Assembly (NCBI GenBank): GCA_964588985.1
Contig: CAZPQW010000004.1
Location: forward strand, 1 to 64,000
DNA length: 64,000 bases
Origin: an uncultured Solirubrobacteraceae bacterium
GTDB lineage: Bacteria > Actinomycetota > Thermoleophilia > Solirubrobacterales > Solirubrobacteraceae
Direction of reading: 5' to 3'
Position 1 is the first letter of the stretch. Each line of letters opens with the position of its first letter. Position numbers and translations under genes: made by a program. This document shows, piece by piece, positions 18,307 through 28,498 of the stretch. Under the pieces are notes generated by a model, which was not told the origin of the DNA, did no database searches, and worked only from the letters and a program-made list of their open reading frames with translations.

Positions 18307-20496
18307 ATGTCAGGGACACCGCAGCCGCTGAACGTCGAGGACCGCATCGCGGCGCTCGAGAAGATCTCCGCGGACACGGTCTGGACGCTGCACCAGGAGC
18401 TCGACGCGCTGCTGGAGCGGATCGACCGGCTGGAGGAGGCGTCGCCTGTTCCGCCTGTCGAAGCGGACTCGGGTTCCACGTCAGCGCTCAGAGCCCCGCG
18501 GGTGGAGAGCCCCGAGCCGCTGCTCGACAGTCCGCTCGCTCGAGTGGCGCGACACGCGTCACGGACGTCGGCGACAGTGTCGGCGGGCGAGTCGCTGAGC
18601 GACCTCGTTGGCGGGCGTGTGCTCGCTTGGGTGGGAGGGATCGCGACGCTGATCGGAACCGTGTTGTTCCTGGCGCTGGCTGTCGCTCGCGGCTGGATCG
18701 GGCAGGAGGCGAGGGTCCTCATGGCGGCGGTCGCGTCCTCGGCGCTGATGGGCGCAGGCGTGTGGCTGCACGATCGGCGCGGTCGTACCGAGGCTTCGGC
18801 GGCAATGGTCGGCGCCGCCTCCGCTGCGATGCTCGCGACACTCGTCGTCGCGACTCAGGTGTACGGGTTGCTCCCGGTAGCGCTCGCGCTGCCCGCGACG
18901 CTGGCGGTCGGAGCGCTCACGACCGCGCTTGCTGTTCGCTGGGCCGGAAGGGCGGTGGGCGGCATCGGCCTGCTCGGCGGCTTGCTGTCGCCGGTGCTCG
19001 TCGGCGCGTCCCCGAGTGCTCTCACGGTCGCGGTGCTCGGGGTAACCGCCGCGTGTGTCACCTGGGTCGTCGTGCGAACTGGATGGGGATGGCTGGGCCT
19101 CGCGAGCGTCGTGGTCTCCACGCCTCAGTGGGGACTGTGGCTGCTGAGCGGTCAGACAGCCGCGGGCGATCTCGCCGTGCTCGCTTTTTTTGCGGCGCTC
19201 GGCCTCACGGGTGCGATCGGGGTGCAGGTGCACTCGAAACAGGAGCGCCTGCGCGCGCCCGCGGCTGCGCTCGCAACGCTGAGCGCTCTCTCCGCGGCGC
19301 TCGTCGGCCAGGTGGGGCTATACGAAGTCTCCGGCGGACTGATGGCGGACGCCTGGCTGGCGGTGCTCGCGGTGGCCCACCTCTCGGTCGCTACGGCGCT
19401 GCTGCGTCGTCGCGTGCTTGCGCCGCCGCTCGGCCGCCTGCTGATCGTGATCGGCGTAGTCATCGCCGATGTCGCACTGGGTCTGAGCACGGGCGGCCTG
19501 CCATTGCTGATCGCCTGGAGCTCGGCGGCGGCCGGGTTCGCGTGGCTCGCACGCCGGACCGAGAGTGGCGGCGCAGACGAGGCGCTGATGGGAATCGGGC
19601 TGGGAGCCCATCTTGCGCTGGCCCTCGTGCGAGCTCTGCTCGCCGCGCCCCCGGGCTCACTCGGCGGCGGCGACCAGCAACTGCTGCCGCTGCTCTCGGT
19701 GTGCGTGCTCGCCGCAAGCTGTCTGGGCTCGGCGCATCTGCTCGGAGCTGCTCGCCCGGCCTGGCGAGCAACGCTCAACGGCCTCGGCCTCGCCACTCTC
19801 GCCTATCTGACCGCGGCGAGCGTGAGCGGCCCGGCACTCGTGTGCGCCTGGGCGATCGAGGCACTGGCGCTCACCCGCATCGCGCGGGATAGCGGCGACG
19901 TGGCGGTGCGCCATGGCGGATTCGGCTTTCTTGGCCTGGCCGGACTGTACGCGCTGATCGCCGAGGTTCCGCCCGATGCGCTCGTCGTGGGGGCCCCCGA
20001 CATCGGAGGAGCGTCCCTCAGCCTCGGCGTCATCGCCGCTGCGATGTTGGGCATCGGACGGCTCTGCGCGCCTGCCACCCGCCAGCGCGCATGCGTGCTG
20101 ACAGGCGCCGCGGCGATGAGCGTGCTCCTCGTGTCCGTCGCGCTAGTCAGCATCTTTCAGCCGAGCACGGGCGCAGCTTCGGAAACGCTGCTCGATCTCG
20201 GCGTGCGCCAGCAGGGTCAGGTGCTGCTGAGCATCGTCTGGAGCGTGGTCGGGCTTGCGGTCTTGATCGCAGGTCTCAAGCGCCGGCTACCGATGCTCCG
20301 CAGCGCAGCGCTCGTCTGGCTGATGGTGACCGTCGCGAAGGTGTTCTTGTATGACCTGTCGACCCTCACCTCGCTGTATCGCGTCGTGTCGTTCATCGTC
20401 CTCGGACTGCTGCTGCTGGCAGGTGCGTTTGCCTACCAGCGCCTGCGCCCGCCCCCGGCTCCCGACATGCGCGCCGTCCACCCGAGCCAGCTCTAG
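18307..20496 (+). CDS. DUF2339-type polytopic membrane protein
   Basis: LVGGRVLAWVGG N-terminal and KVFLYDL...RVVSF C-terminal motifs; many TM segments; AGGAGG RBS. Confidence 0.82.
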   Translation: MSGTPQPLNVEDRIAALEKISADTVWTLHQELDALLERIDRLEEASPVPPVEADSGSTSALRAPRVESPEPLLDSPLARVARHASRTSATVSAGESLSDLVGGRVLAWVGGIATLIGTVLFLALAVARGWIGQEARVLMAAVASSALMGAGVWLHDRRGRTEASAAMVGAASAAMLATLVVATQVYGLLPVALALPATLAVGALTTALAVRWAGRAVGGIGLLGGLLSPVLVGASPSALTVAVLGVTAACVTWVVVRTGWGWLGLASVVVSTPQWGLWLLSGQTAAGDLAVLAFFAALGLTGAIGVQVHSKQERLRAPAAALATLSALSAALVGQVGLYEVSGGLMADAWLAVLAVAHLSVATALLRRRVLAPPLGRLLIVIGVVIADVALGLSTGGLPLLIAWSSAAAGFAWLARRTESGGADEALMGIGLGAHLALALVRALLAAPPGSLGGGDQQLLPLLSVCVLAASCLGSAHLLGAARPAWRATLNGLGLATLAYLTAASVSGPALVCAWAIEALALTRIARDSGDVAVRHGGFGFLGLAGLYALIAEVPPDALVVGAPDIGGASLSLGVIAAAMLGIGRLCAPATRQRACVLTGAAAMSVLLVSVALVSIFQPSTGAASETLLDLGVRQQGQVLLSIVWSVVGLAVLIAGLKRRLPMLRSAALVWLMVTVAKVFLYDLSTLTSLYRVVSFIVLGLLLLAGAFAYQRLRPPPAPDMRAVHPSQL

Positions 20497-20846
20497 CAGA
20501 GAAGCTCGAGCGCGCGCTCGATCGGCCGTGCAAGCACCGCACGATCCCCGCGCACCACGATCGGGCGTTGCAGCAGCGCGGGATTGGCCACCATCAGCGC
20601 GATCATCTCGTCGTCGGACACCCCGGCGTCATTCAACCCCAACTGCCCGACCAGTGGCTCGCGCGTGCGCAGTACCTCGCGCGGACCGCACCCCAACTTG
20701 ACGAGCAGCCCGCGCAGCTCGTCCTCCCGGATCCCGGTCATGTGGTAGTCGATCGACTCGTACTCGACGCCCTGTTCGGCGAGCATCGCGCGCAGCTTGC
20801 GGCAGGTCGTGCAGGTTGGCTTTTCGTAGACGGTGAGCGTGGCCAT
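20493..20846 (-). CDS. ArsC/Spx family protein
   Basis: YEKPTCTTCRK; LLQRPIV. Confidence 0.88.
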   Translation of the reverse strand: MATLTVYEKPTCTTCRKLRAMLAEQGVEYESIDYHMTGIREDELRGLLVKLGCGPREVLRTREPLVGQLGLNDAGVSDDEMIALMVANPALLQRPIVVRGDRAVLARPIERALELLC

Positions 20847-21063
20847 CGCGCGATCATATTTCGCGGGCGCGCGTGGATGATGGCTTCGCGCATCGAGGGG
20901 AGATCAGGTTGTGTCAGCGCAACAGCGACAGGAACCGCACGACTGCTCTCAGCTTCGCGGCGGGGAGTCTTCTGAACGACGGCATCGGTGACGGCAATAG
21001 CGGCAGAGCTATGACATGCCAGCGCGACATAGGCGTGCTGAGGTTACAGCGACGATCCGTTGC

Positions 21064-21471
21064 CTATGACTCCCTCGCGGCGCCGTACTCCTCGTCGCTC
21101 ACGTGCTCGCCCCAGGTGACAGCGCTACCGTTCTCATCCACCTGCTGCATCGCGAGATGGGTCATGAAGCGGCCGGGAGCGGCGCCGTGCCAGTGGTTCT
21201 CGCCGGCCTCGAAGAACACCCGGTCGCCGGGCCGGATCACCTCGATCGGGCCACTCTCGCGCTGGCACAGGCCGATGCCCTCGGTGACGTAGATCGTCTG
21301 TCCGTTGGGGTGGACGTGCCACGCGGTGCGAGCACCAGGGGTGAAGTGCACGCTGGCGGCCGCGAGACGGGATGGCTCCGAGAGCGCCGCGACGGCGTCG
21401 ATGTAGACGGTGCCGGTGAACCAGTCGCTCGGCCCGGGGGTCGTCTCGACCGAGTTTCTCGTGATCTTCAT
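21064..21471 (-). CDS. Cupin domain protein
   Basis: FTPGARTAWHVHPNGQ; GENHWHGA. Confidence 0.9.
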   Translation of the reverse strand: MKITRNSVETTPGPSDWFTGTVYIDAVAALSEPSRLAAASVHFTPGARTAWHVHPNGQTIYVTEGIGLCQRESGPIEVIRPGDRVFFEAGENHWHGAAPGRFMTHLAMQQVDENGSAVTWGEHVSDEEYGAARES

Positions 21472-21538
21472 GTCGTCCTCCATGGTCGTGTCGGTGATGT
21501 CTGACTGTGAGAAGTGCTGCCTAGAGCTGCCTTGCGAC

Positions 21539-22573
21539 TCAGAAGTCGATCAGGACCTTGATCGCCTCGCGCTCGTCCATGGCGCGATACCCGTCGGGGA
21601 CCTCGTCGAGGCTCACGGTCCGGTCGAACACGCGACCGGGCTCGATCCTGCCTTCGAGCACGTCGGGCAGCAGCTCTTCGATGTAGGCGCGTGCCGGAGC
21701 GACCCCGCCACCCACGGTGACGTTCCTATAGAACATCGTGATCGCGGCCGGGATCGACTCCTCCTGGGGAAGGCCGACACGGCCGATCGCGCCGCCGGGA
21801 CGAGCCAGTGCGAGCGCCGTGAGCGTCGACTGCTCGAGCCCCACGCACTCGAGCACCGAGTGGACGCCGAAGCCGTCGGTCAGCTCGCGTACCCGCTCGA
21901 CCGCCTCCTCGCCGCGCTCGCTCACCACGTCCGTCGCGCCGAACTCCCTCGCGAGCGCGATCCGGTCGGGATGACGACCCAACATCACGATCTGCTCGGC
22001 GCCGAGTCGGCGAGCGGCGATCACGCCACACAGGCCGACCGCGCCGTCTCCGATCACGGCCACCGACTTTCCGGGCCCGACTCTGGCGGAGAGCGCCGCG
22101 TGATGGCCGGTCCCCATCACGTCCGAGAGCGTCAGGAGCGAGGGCATCAGCGCGTCGTCCGCGCCGACCGGCAGCACCACGAGCGTGCCGTCGGCAAGGG
22201 GTACGCGCACCGCCTCACCCTGTCCGCCGTCGACGCCGTCGCGGCCCCAGAACCCGCCGTGGATGCACGAGGTCTGGAGTCCCTCGTGGCAGAACACGCA
22301 CGTGCCGTCGGAGTACGCGAACGGCACGAGCACCACGTCGCCGACTTTCACGTTGCGGACCTCGGCGCCGATGTCCTCGACGACGCCGACGAACTCGTGT
22401 CCCATCCGCCGGCCGGAGTCGCTGGGCTCCATCGTCTTGTACGGCCACAGATCGCTGCCGCAGATGCAGGCTCGCGTGATCGTCAGGAGGGCGTCGGTCG
22501 GCTCGACGAGGCGCGCGTCGGGGACGGTCTCGACACGAACGTCGCCTGCGCCGTACATGACGGTTGCGCGCAT
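21539..22573 (-). CDS. Zinc-dependent alcohol dehydrogenase family protein
   Basis: CICGSDL, GHEFVG, GDGAVG. Confidence 0.92.
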   Translation of the reverse strand: MRATVMYGAGDVRVETVPDARLVEPTDALLTITRACICGSDLWPYKTMEPSDSGRRMGHEFVGVVEDIGAEVRNVKVGDVVLVPFAYSDGTCVFCHEGLQTSCIHGGFWGRDGVDGGQGEAVRVPLADGTLVVLPVGADDALMPSLLTLSDVMGTGHHAALSARVGPGKSVAVIGDGAVGLCGVIAARRLGAEQIVMLGRHPDRIALAREFGATDVVSERGEEAVERVRELTDGFGVHSVLECVGLEQSTLTALALARPGGAIGRVGLPQEESIPAAITMFYRNVTVGGGVAPARAYIEELLPDVLEGRIEPGRVFDRTVSLDEVPDGYRAMDEREAIKVLIDF

Positions 22574-22714
22574 CTCGGGGCTGCCTTTCTGTCGGGTGCT
22601 CGAAGTCGCGGTACCCACAAAAGCACGGTCAGAGGCAACAGGGGTCGCCAAAGTGACCCAAGCCGCGGCGGCTCGGGTCACTCCGGGCGAGCGCCCGGTC
22701 ATCGACGCTCGTGA

Positions 22715-23131
22715 TCAGGGGTGCTGAGCGCCCATCGTGTTGACCGCGTACACGGTGTAGTCGCTGCCGACCTGCACCTCGACCTCGGTGCCGTCGGACT
22801 TGACGATGTGCGCCTCGTAGGGCGCGCTCGAGTCGACGTTCGTCTCGACACGCTCGACGGTGCCGGACACCTTGGCGAGCGCGGCCGCGCGGACTTTCGC
22901 CTCGACATCGCCGGTGAGCAGCGTCTCGGTCTTGCCGTTGACGGTGTGCCCGCCTTTGGCCGGGTCGTGCTGCTGGCCCTGGGCGCCGCCCGGTGAGGGG
23001 GCTGACGTGGCGGCGGCGGTCGAGGACGTCGAGCTCGTGCCCGACGTGGCCGCGGTGGCGATCGCCGCACTGCTGATCGCGACCGCGCCTACCGCCGCGG
23101 CGGTGGTGAGCTTCGTGCGGATGCTGGTCAT
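22715..23131 (-). CDS. Secreted PepSY-like protein
   Basis: Signal peptide; AALAKVSGTVERVE...YEAHIVKSDG. Confidence 0.7.
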   Translation of the reverse strand: MTSIRTKLTTAAAVGAVAISSAAIATAATSGTSSTSSTAAATSAPSPGGAQGQQHDPAKGGHTVNGKTETLLTGDVEAKVRAAALAKVSGTVERVETNVDSSAPYEAHIVKSDGTEVEVQVGSDYTVYAVNTMGAQHP

Positions 23132-23278
23132 GGGTGTGTCTCCTTGTCGTTTGGGGGGAGATCCGAGAATGGCGGGGCTCTCCGTGAGCAAGGTGGGGTC
23201 CGGCTGAGAATCGCGTCAGACCGGGTCGCAAGCCCGTAGGATCCTCAGAGCCGGCAGTCGAGCGGGAGGGAGTCAACG

Positions 23279-23920
23279 ATGGACGATGGTTCAACGGTCG
23301 TTGATCGCGTCGAGCGGTCCAGTCCGCCCGTCGATCCTCGGCTGCGCAGAGCAACGATCGACGACATCCACCGCTTGAAGGCGGTCATGGCTGAGGCCTT
23401 CTTCGACGATCCTATGTTCCGCTGGCTGATGCCCGACGAGACGAAGCGGCGAGCGCGTTTGCGTCGCTACTTCGGGATCGAGCTGCGCTACTTCGCGCTG
23501 GCGTGCGGTCGCGTCTGGACGACCGGCGATCTCAGCGGCGCTGCGTTGAGCCTGCCGCCAGGAGCGTGGCGTGCGCCCACGCGCGTAACCCTCATGGAGG
23601 GCAGCGCGTTCGGGGGCCGCCTATACAGGGCGGCGAGGGTCGGGCTTGCGATCGAGTGGCGCCACGTTCGCGAGTCCCACTACTACGTCCGTGACGTCGG
23701 GGTCCTGCCTGCGATGCAGGGCAAGGGGTTCGGCGGCGCGCTGCTGCGCCCGACGCTCGACCGCTGCGATCGGGAGGGCCTGCCCGCCTATCTCGAGGCG
23801 TCGAGCGACCGCAACGCGGCGCTATACGAGCGTCTCGGGTTTCGGCTCATCGGCGAGCTGCGCGTCGGAGGCAGCCCGCCGCTGCGGCTGATGCTCCGCC
23901 CTCCGCACTCGACGGAGTGA
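23279..23920 (+). CDS. GNAT family N-acetyltransferase
   Basis: QGKGFGG; AYLEAS...N..LYERLGF. Confidence 0.88.
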   Translation: MDDGSTVVDRVERSSPPVDPRLRRATIDDIHRLKAVMAEAFFDDPMFRWLMPDETKRRARLRRYFGIELRYFALACGRVWTTGDLSGAALSLPPGAWRAPTRVTLMEGSAFGGRLYRAARVGLAIEWRHVRESHYYVRDVGVLPAMQGKGFGGALLRPTLDRCDREGLPAYLEASSDRNAALYERLGFRLIGELRVGGSPPLRLMLRPPHSTE

Positions 23921-23985
23921 CGGCGGGCTCGACCTACAATGCCCAAGAACCTGAGCGAGATCCTTCCAACCGAGAGGTGGAGTCG

Positions 23986-24891
23986 ATGAGGGCAGTCCAG
24001 TTCGAGAGCTTCGGCGGCCCCGAGGTGCTCGCGGTCTCTGAGGTGGCCGAGCCACACGCATCGGCCGGCCAGATCCGCGTCGCCGTCAAGGCCGTGGGGA
24101 TCAACCCCGTCGACTGGAAGTTCCGCCAGGGGATGATGGGCGGGGATCTGCCTCGCGGCACCGGGCTGGAAGTCGCGGGCGTCGTCGACGAGGTCGGAGA
24201 CGGCGTGAGCGACGTGAGCGCCGGCGACGAGGTGTTCGGCTCGGTGGAGGGCGGCAACGGCGCCGCTGATTTCGCGCTGCTCGAGCACTACGCGCGCATC
24301 CCGCCGTCGCTGGCCTTCGCCGCCGCCGCGGGTCTGACGGTCGCGGTCGAGACGGCCGCGCGCACGCTCGACCTGGTGGACGTCGGCGAGGGACAGACGG
24401 TGCTGATCAACGGCGCGGCGGGCGCGGTAGGGATCAGCACGGTGCAGTTGGCGCGTGAGCGTGGGGCGAGGGTGATCGGTACGGCGAGCGCCGCCAACCA
24501 CGACTACCTGCGGTCCTTCGGTGCAGAGCCCACCACCTACGGCGACGGGCTGGTGGAGCGCGTTCGCGCGCTCGCGCCCGATGGCGTGGATCGCGCGATC
24601 GACGACGCCGGCGGTGGGGCGTTGCCGGCGCTGGTCGAGCTTGCGGGCGGTCCCGAGCACGTGGTGACGATCGCCGACCACCAGGGCTCGCAGGAGACGG
24701 GCGTGGCGATGACCGGCGGCCCGGACTCCAAACGCGCGTGGTATGCGCTGCGTGAGGTCGGCGAGTTGATCGAGGCCGGGCGCTTCTCGCTTCCGGTGGC
24801 GCAGACGTTCCCGCTGGAGCAGATCGCGGAGGCGCATCGGCTCAGCGAAGGCGGCCACGTGCGCGGCAAGCTCGTGCTGCTCGTTGATTGA
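23986..24891 (+). CDS. NADP-dependent oxidoreductase (quinone reductase-like MDR)
   Basis: GINPVDWK; GAAGAVG; GHVRGKLVL. Confidence 0.92.
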   Translation: MRAVQFESFGGPEVLAVSEVAEPHASAGQIRVAVKAVGINPVDWKFRQGMMGGDLPRGTGLEVAGVVDEVGDGVSDVSAGDEVFGSVEGGNGAADFALLEHYARIPPSLAFAAAAGLTVAVETAARTLDLVDVGEGQTVLINGAAGAVGISTVQLARERGARVIGTASAANHDYLRSFGAEPTTYGDGLVERVRALAPDGVDRAIDDAGGGALPALVELAGGPEHVVTIADHQGSQETGVAMTGGPDSKRAWYALREVGELIEAGRFSLPVAQTFPLEQIAEAHRLSEGGHVRGKLVLLVD

Positions 24892-24901
24892 GCCGCGCGA
24901 T

Positions 24902-25927
24902 CTAGTCGAGCCAGTTGGTGAAGCCCGCGTGTCCCGTGTGAGGGGCGCCGCCACCTCCTGCCGCTGACACCGTCAGGGCAGCCGGCTGGGGGTCGGTGGA
25001 GAGGACCACCACCACGCCTCCTCCGCCTCCGCCGCCGTCGCTCGAGTTGGCGCCGCCGTTGGCCGTGATCGAGGCGCTGCCGGACACCGTCACAGACCGC
25101 GCCGCGATGCAGAGGACCCCACCGCCGGAGCCGCCGTTGCCCGACGCGCTCGACCCTCCGCCGCCGCCGGAGCCACCGTTGACGAGCGTCCCGTCGAGGG
25201 TGCGTCCGGACAGCGCGGCCGTCGCCGCGTCGAACGCCTGTGGTCCGCCCACGCTGCTGGCGGGAGGGGAGGCGGCGCCGCCTGGGCAGCTGATGCCGGT
25301 TCCGCCGACGCCGCCCAGCGAGTTGACCGCGCTTCCGCCTGCGCACAGGCCGATGTTCGCGCCGGGACCCGAGCCGCCGAGCGAGCCCGGTGTGAGTCCT
25401 GCCGCGGGCGATCCAGCGGTCGCGTCGAGTCCGTCGCGGCTGATCCGCGAGCCGTTGCCCATGGTCAGCGTGCCGGACACGAAGATTCGAAAGCCGCCCG
25501 TGTCGAGGGTGACGCCCGGTTCGACGGTGAGGTTCGAGAGGTACATGTCCCGGCTGAGGGTCGTGTTGGCGGCGATCGTCTGGCTGCCGTCGGCGCCGTT
25601 GCCGAACAGGCCGTTGATGCCGATGCCCGCCGCGCCCGGTGCTCCTGGGGATCCAGCACCGCCGGCGGAGCCCTGGCCCCCGGTGGGACCCGCCAGCTGG
25701 CTGCGGTGTGCTCGAACGTAGGAGGCGATCTCCCTGTCGACGGCCGAGCGTACGTTCCGGCACAGCGCAAGCGAGGACACGCACGCGGGCTTCTTCGCCT
25801 TGCTCGCCGCTGCCGGGTGCGAGGCTCGAAACTGGGACGCATACCCGGTTCCGCCGACGGCGATGAACAGGGCCAGCATCGCCACCGTCATCGCTGGTGA
25901 GGGCTGGCGTGGTCGAAGCGGGGTCAT
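24902..25927 (-). CDS. Secreted glycine-rich protein with a short G-X-Y segment
   Basis: Signal-like ALFIAVGGTGYA; GPTGGQGSAGGAGSPGAPGAAG; poly-Gly blocks. Confidence 0.72.
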   Translation of the reverse strand: MTPLRPRQPSPAMTVAMLALFIAVGGTGYASQFRASHPAAASKAKKPACVSSLALCRNVRSAVDREIASYVRAHRSQLAGPTGGQGSAGGAGSPGAPGAAGIGINGLFGNGADGSQTIAANTTLSRDMYLSNLTVEPGVTLDTGGFRIFVSGTLTMGNGSRISRDGLDATAGSPAAGLTPGSLGGSGPGANIGLCAGGSAVNSLGGVGGTGISCPGGAASPPASSVGGPQAFDAATAALSGRTLDGTLVNGGSGGGGGSSASGNGGSGGGVLCIAARSVTVSGSASITANGGANSSDGGGGGGGVVVVLSTDPQPAALTVSAAGGGGAPHTGHAGFTNWLD

Positions 25928-26025
25928 CGCGTCTCCTTAGGGTGGGCCCGTGTTGAACGCGCAGCTTATGCGCGGCTATGGACGTCCAGGCTCGGGGATC
26001 AATGAGGAGGGATGAAGGATCTCGA

Positions 26026-26163
26026 CATCAATTTTGATGACTTGATGGGTATTTTGGCTGTAGTGCATCACAAGTGATTGAGATATAGATGCGTATGTGC
26101 TAGCCTCTGCATTAGATTCGATGTTCTATCCATGAAACAACGCATAACACATCTAAATCGATG
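26026..26163. promoter_or_regulatory. Array of four CATC-N6-GATG palindromes (putative HipB-type operators)
   Basis: Copies at 26026, 26066, 26110 and 26150 (two perfect, two with 1 mismatch) in an AT-rich patch. Confidence 0.72.
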
Positions 26164-26532
26164 CATCTAGATGAGCTGATGACCGACGACGCCGTGCTCG
26201 CTGAGCTCGGCCGCAGGCTCACGCGCCACCGTCTCGCGCGCAACTGGACGCAGGCCGAATTGGCCGCGGAGGCGGGGATCGGGCAAGCGACCGTCCAGCG
26301 CGCGGAGCGAGGCGAGTCGGTCCAGATGACCTCGCTGATCAAGCTGCTGCGAACGCTCGAGCTGCTCGCGGGCCTCGACGTCGCCGTCCCCGAGTCGATT
26401 GACCTCCCGATCGCCCGACTGGAGCGCGAGCAGCGCAAAGGCCGACGGCGCGCGAGCGGCCGGCGCCATCCACCTGCGGAGACAGGCGAGCAGCCATGGG
26501 TCTGGGGCGACGAGTCGGGTGGGAGCACATGA
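26161..26532 (+). CDS. XRE-family HTH antitoxin (HipB-like)
   Basis: WTQAELAAEAGIGQATVQRAE; ATGA overlap with the toxin gene. Confidence 0.88.
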   Translation: MHLDELMTDDAVLAELGRRLTRHRLARNWTQAELAAEAGIGQATVQRAERGESVQMTSLIKLLRTLELLAGLDVAVPESIDLPIARLEREQRKGRRRASGRRHPPAETGEQPWVWGDESGGST

Positions 26533-27836
26533 CTGTCGCGGCGGTCACGCTCTGGGGATCTCGGATCGCGGCCGTCTCGATCGAGGAGGGCGCGCGCTAC
26601 GCCACGTTCCAGTACGACCCCGCGTTCGTCCGCAGTGGCATCGAGCTCGCGCCCGTGCACATGCCTCTGCGCACGCAGCCCTACGGCTTTCCCGGTCTGC
26701 CTCACGACGCGTTCAGCGGTCTGCCGGGCCTGTTGGCGGACTCCTTGCCCGACCGCTGGGGGACGGCGCTGGTGAACGCGTGGTTGGCGTCGCAGGGGCG
26801 CGATCAGTCGAGCTTCGACGTGGTGCAGCGGCTCTGCTACTCGGGAACCCGTGGCGTGGGTGCGTTGGAGTTCCAGCCGGCCGAGGAGCCGGCGGCGAGC
26901 GCCGGCGCCGATCTCCAGGTCGACGCGCTGGTGCGCCTCGCGAGCGAGGTGCTCGCGGAGCGCTCCGAGTTCGTGGCGGAGCTGAGCGAGAACCCCGACG
27001 AGGAGGCGATGAAGGCGATCCTAGCCGTCGGCAGCTCCGCCGGTGGCGCGCGTCCGAAGGCGTTCATCGCCTACAACGACGCCACCGGCCAGGTCCGCTC
27101 GGGGCAGGTCGAGGTCGGCGACGGCTTTCGGCATTGGCTGTTGAAGTTCGACGGCGTCTCGCGCGCCGGCGACCACGGACTGACCGACCCGGAGGGTTGG
27201 GGCGCGGTGGAGTACGCGTACTCGACGATGGCGAAGCTGGCGGGGATCGAGATGACCGAGTGCCGTCTCCTGGAGGAGAACGGCCGCCGTCACTTCATGA
27301 CGCGTCGCTTCGACAGGCCCGACGGTGGCGGCAAGCTGCACATGCAGACGGTCGCGGCGCTGGAGCACGTCAGCTACAACGAGCCGGGTACCTACAGCTA
27401 CGAGCAGGTCCTGCTGCTGATCCGCCGACTGGGTCTCGGGACGCCGGTCGTCGAGCAGCAGTTCCGGCGCATGGTGTTCAACGTGGTGGCGCGCAATCAG
27501 GACGACCATGTGAAGAACATCGCGTTCCTGATGGGGCGCGACGGCGCCTGGTCGCTGGCGCCAGCGTACGACGTGATCTGGGCGTGGAAGCCGGGCAACC
27601 CGTGGCTCGACAGTCACCAGATGTCGCTCAACGGCAAGCGCGACGGCTTCACCGTCGCCGACGTGCGCGCCGTCGCTCGCGTCGCGGGCCTCAAGCGTGG
27701 TCGTGCCGAGGCCGTCCTCGCGGAGGTGGTCGATGTCGTCGCGGGCTGGAGAGAGATCGCCGCCGAGGTCGGAGTCGAAGAACGGATGGCCGAGCAGATC
27801 GCCCGCGCGCATCGCGTGGCACTTGCGTCGTCTTGA
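26529..27836 (+). CDS. hipA: HipA family kinase toxin
   Basis: DSLPDRWG; SAGGARPK; NQDDHVKN; LAPAYD. Confidence 0.93.
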   Translation: MTVAAVTLWGSRIAAVSIEEGARYATFQYDPAFVRSGIELAPVHMPLRTQPYGFPGLPHDAFSGLPGLLADSLPDRWGTALVNAWLASQGRDQSSFDVVQRLCYSGTRGVGALEFQPAEEPAASAGADLQVDALVRLASEVLAERSEFVAELSENPDEEAMKAILAVGSSAGGARPKAFIAYNDATGQVRSGQVEVGDGFRHWLLKFDGVSRAGDHGLTDPEGWGAVEYAYSTMAKLAGIEMTECRLLEENGRRHFMTRRFDRPDGGGKLHMQTVAALEHVSYNEPGTYSYEQVLLLIRRLGLGTPVVEQQFRRMVFNVVARNQDDHVKNIAFLMGRDGAWSLAPAYDVIWAWKPGNPWLDSHQMSLNGKRDGFTVADVRAVARVAGLKRGRAEAVLAEVVDVVAGWREIAAEVGVEERMAEQIARAHRVALASS

Positions 27837-27872
27837 TGCCCTTCCTGTTCTCGAAGGTCGTAGGCTTGTCGT

Positions 27873-28466
27873 GTGCCTCAGCAACAGGTTCGTGTGGCGG
27901 CGGAGGCGGATCTCGATCGGGTCACGGAGACGTTGTGGCTAGCTTTCCGAAGCGACCCTCTGTGGAGCTGGGCATTCCCGGAGCGAGAGAAGCTCGAGCC
28001 TTGGTGGCGCTTCCTCATCCGCAGCGCTTTGCAACATGGCTGGGTGCTGATCCTGGGCGACTACGCGGCGGTGTCGGTGTGGATTCCTCCCGGCTGCGAT
28101 GAGCTGTCGCACGAGGAGGAGCAGCGGGTCGAGGGGCTCCTCGAAGATCTCGTCGGTGGTCGCGCCGGGCAGGTGATGGAGTTGCTCGAGCGCTTCGACG
28201 CGTCCCATCCGCGAGCGAGCCACTACTACCTGAGCCTCCTCGGGACTCACCCCGACCATCGGGGGCGCGGCCTTGGTATGAGTCTCCTCTCTGAGGGCCT
28301 CTCGCGCATCGACGCGCAGGGCATGCCGGCTTACCTCGAGTCCAGCAACCCAGCCAACGATGAACGCTATGCGTCGCTGGGGTTCGAGCGGGTAGGTGAG
28401 TTCTCCACCCCGGATCACACGCACACGGTGAGCACGATGTGGCGGGAGCCGGCGACCCGCGAGTAG
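27873..28466 (+). CDS. GNAT family N-acetyltransferase
   Basis: HYYLSLLGTHPDHRGRGLG; AYLESSN. Confidence 0.88.
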   Translation: MPQQQVRVAAEADLDRVTETLWLAFRSDPLWSWAFPEREKLEPWWRFLIRSALQHGWVLILGDYAAVSVWIPPGCDELSHEEEQRVEGLLEDLVGGRAGQVMELLERFDASHPRASHYYLSLLGTHPDHRGRGLGMSLLSEGLSRIDAQGMPAYLESSNPANDERYASLGFERVGEFSTPDHTHTVSTMWREPATRE

Positions 28467-28498
28467 TTGTCCCTAGTCGAGCCCCGTGCTATCCACGC

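Noticed and set aside
23195-23255. TCTGAC-N5-TCTCAG upstream of the PepSY-like gene, resembling a response-regulator box
   Set aside because: Match too weak and no two-component genes nearby
24902-25927. Glycine-rich protein as phage tail fibre or PE_PGRS
   Set aside because: Has a signal-like N-terminus, no PE domain and no phage context
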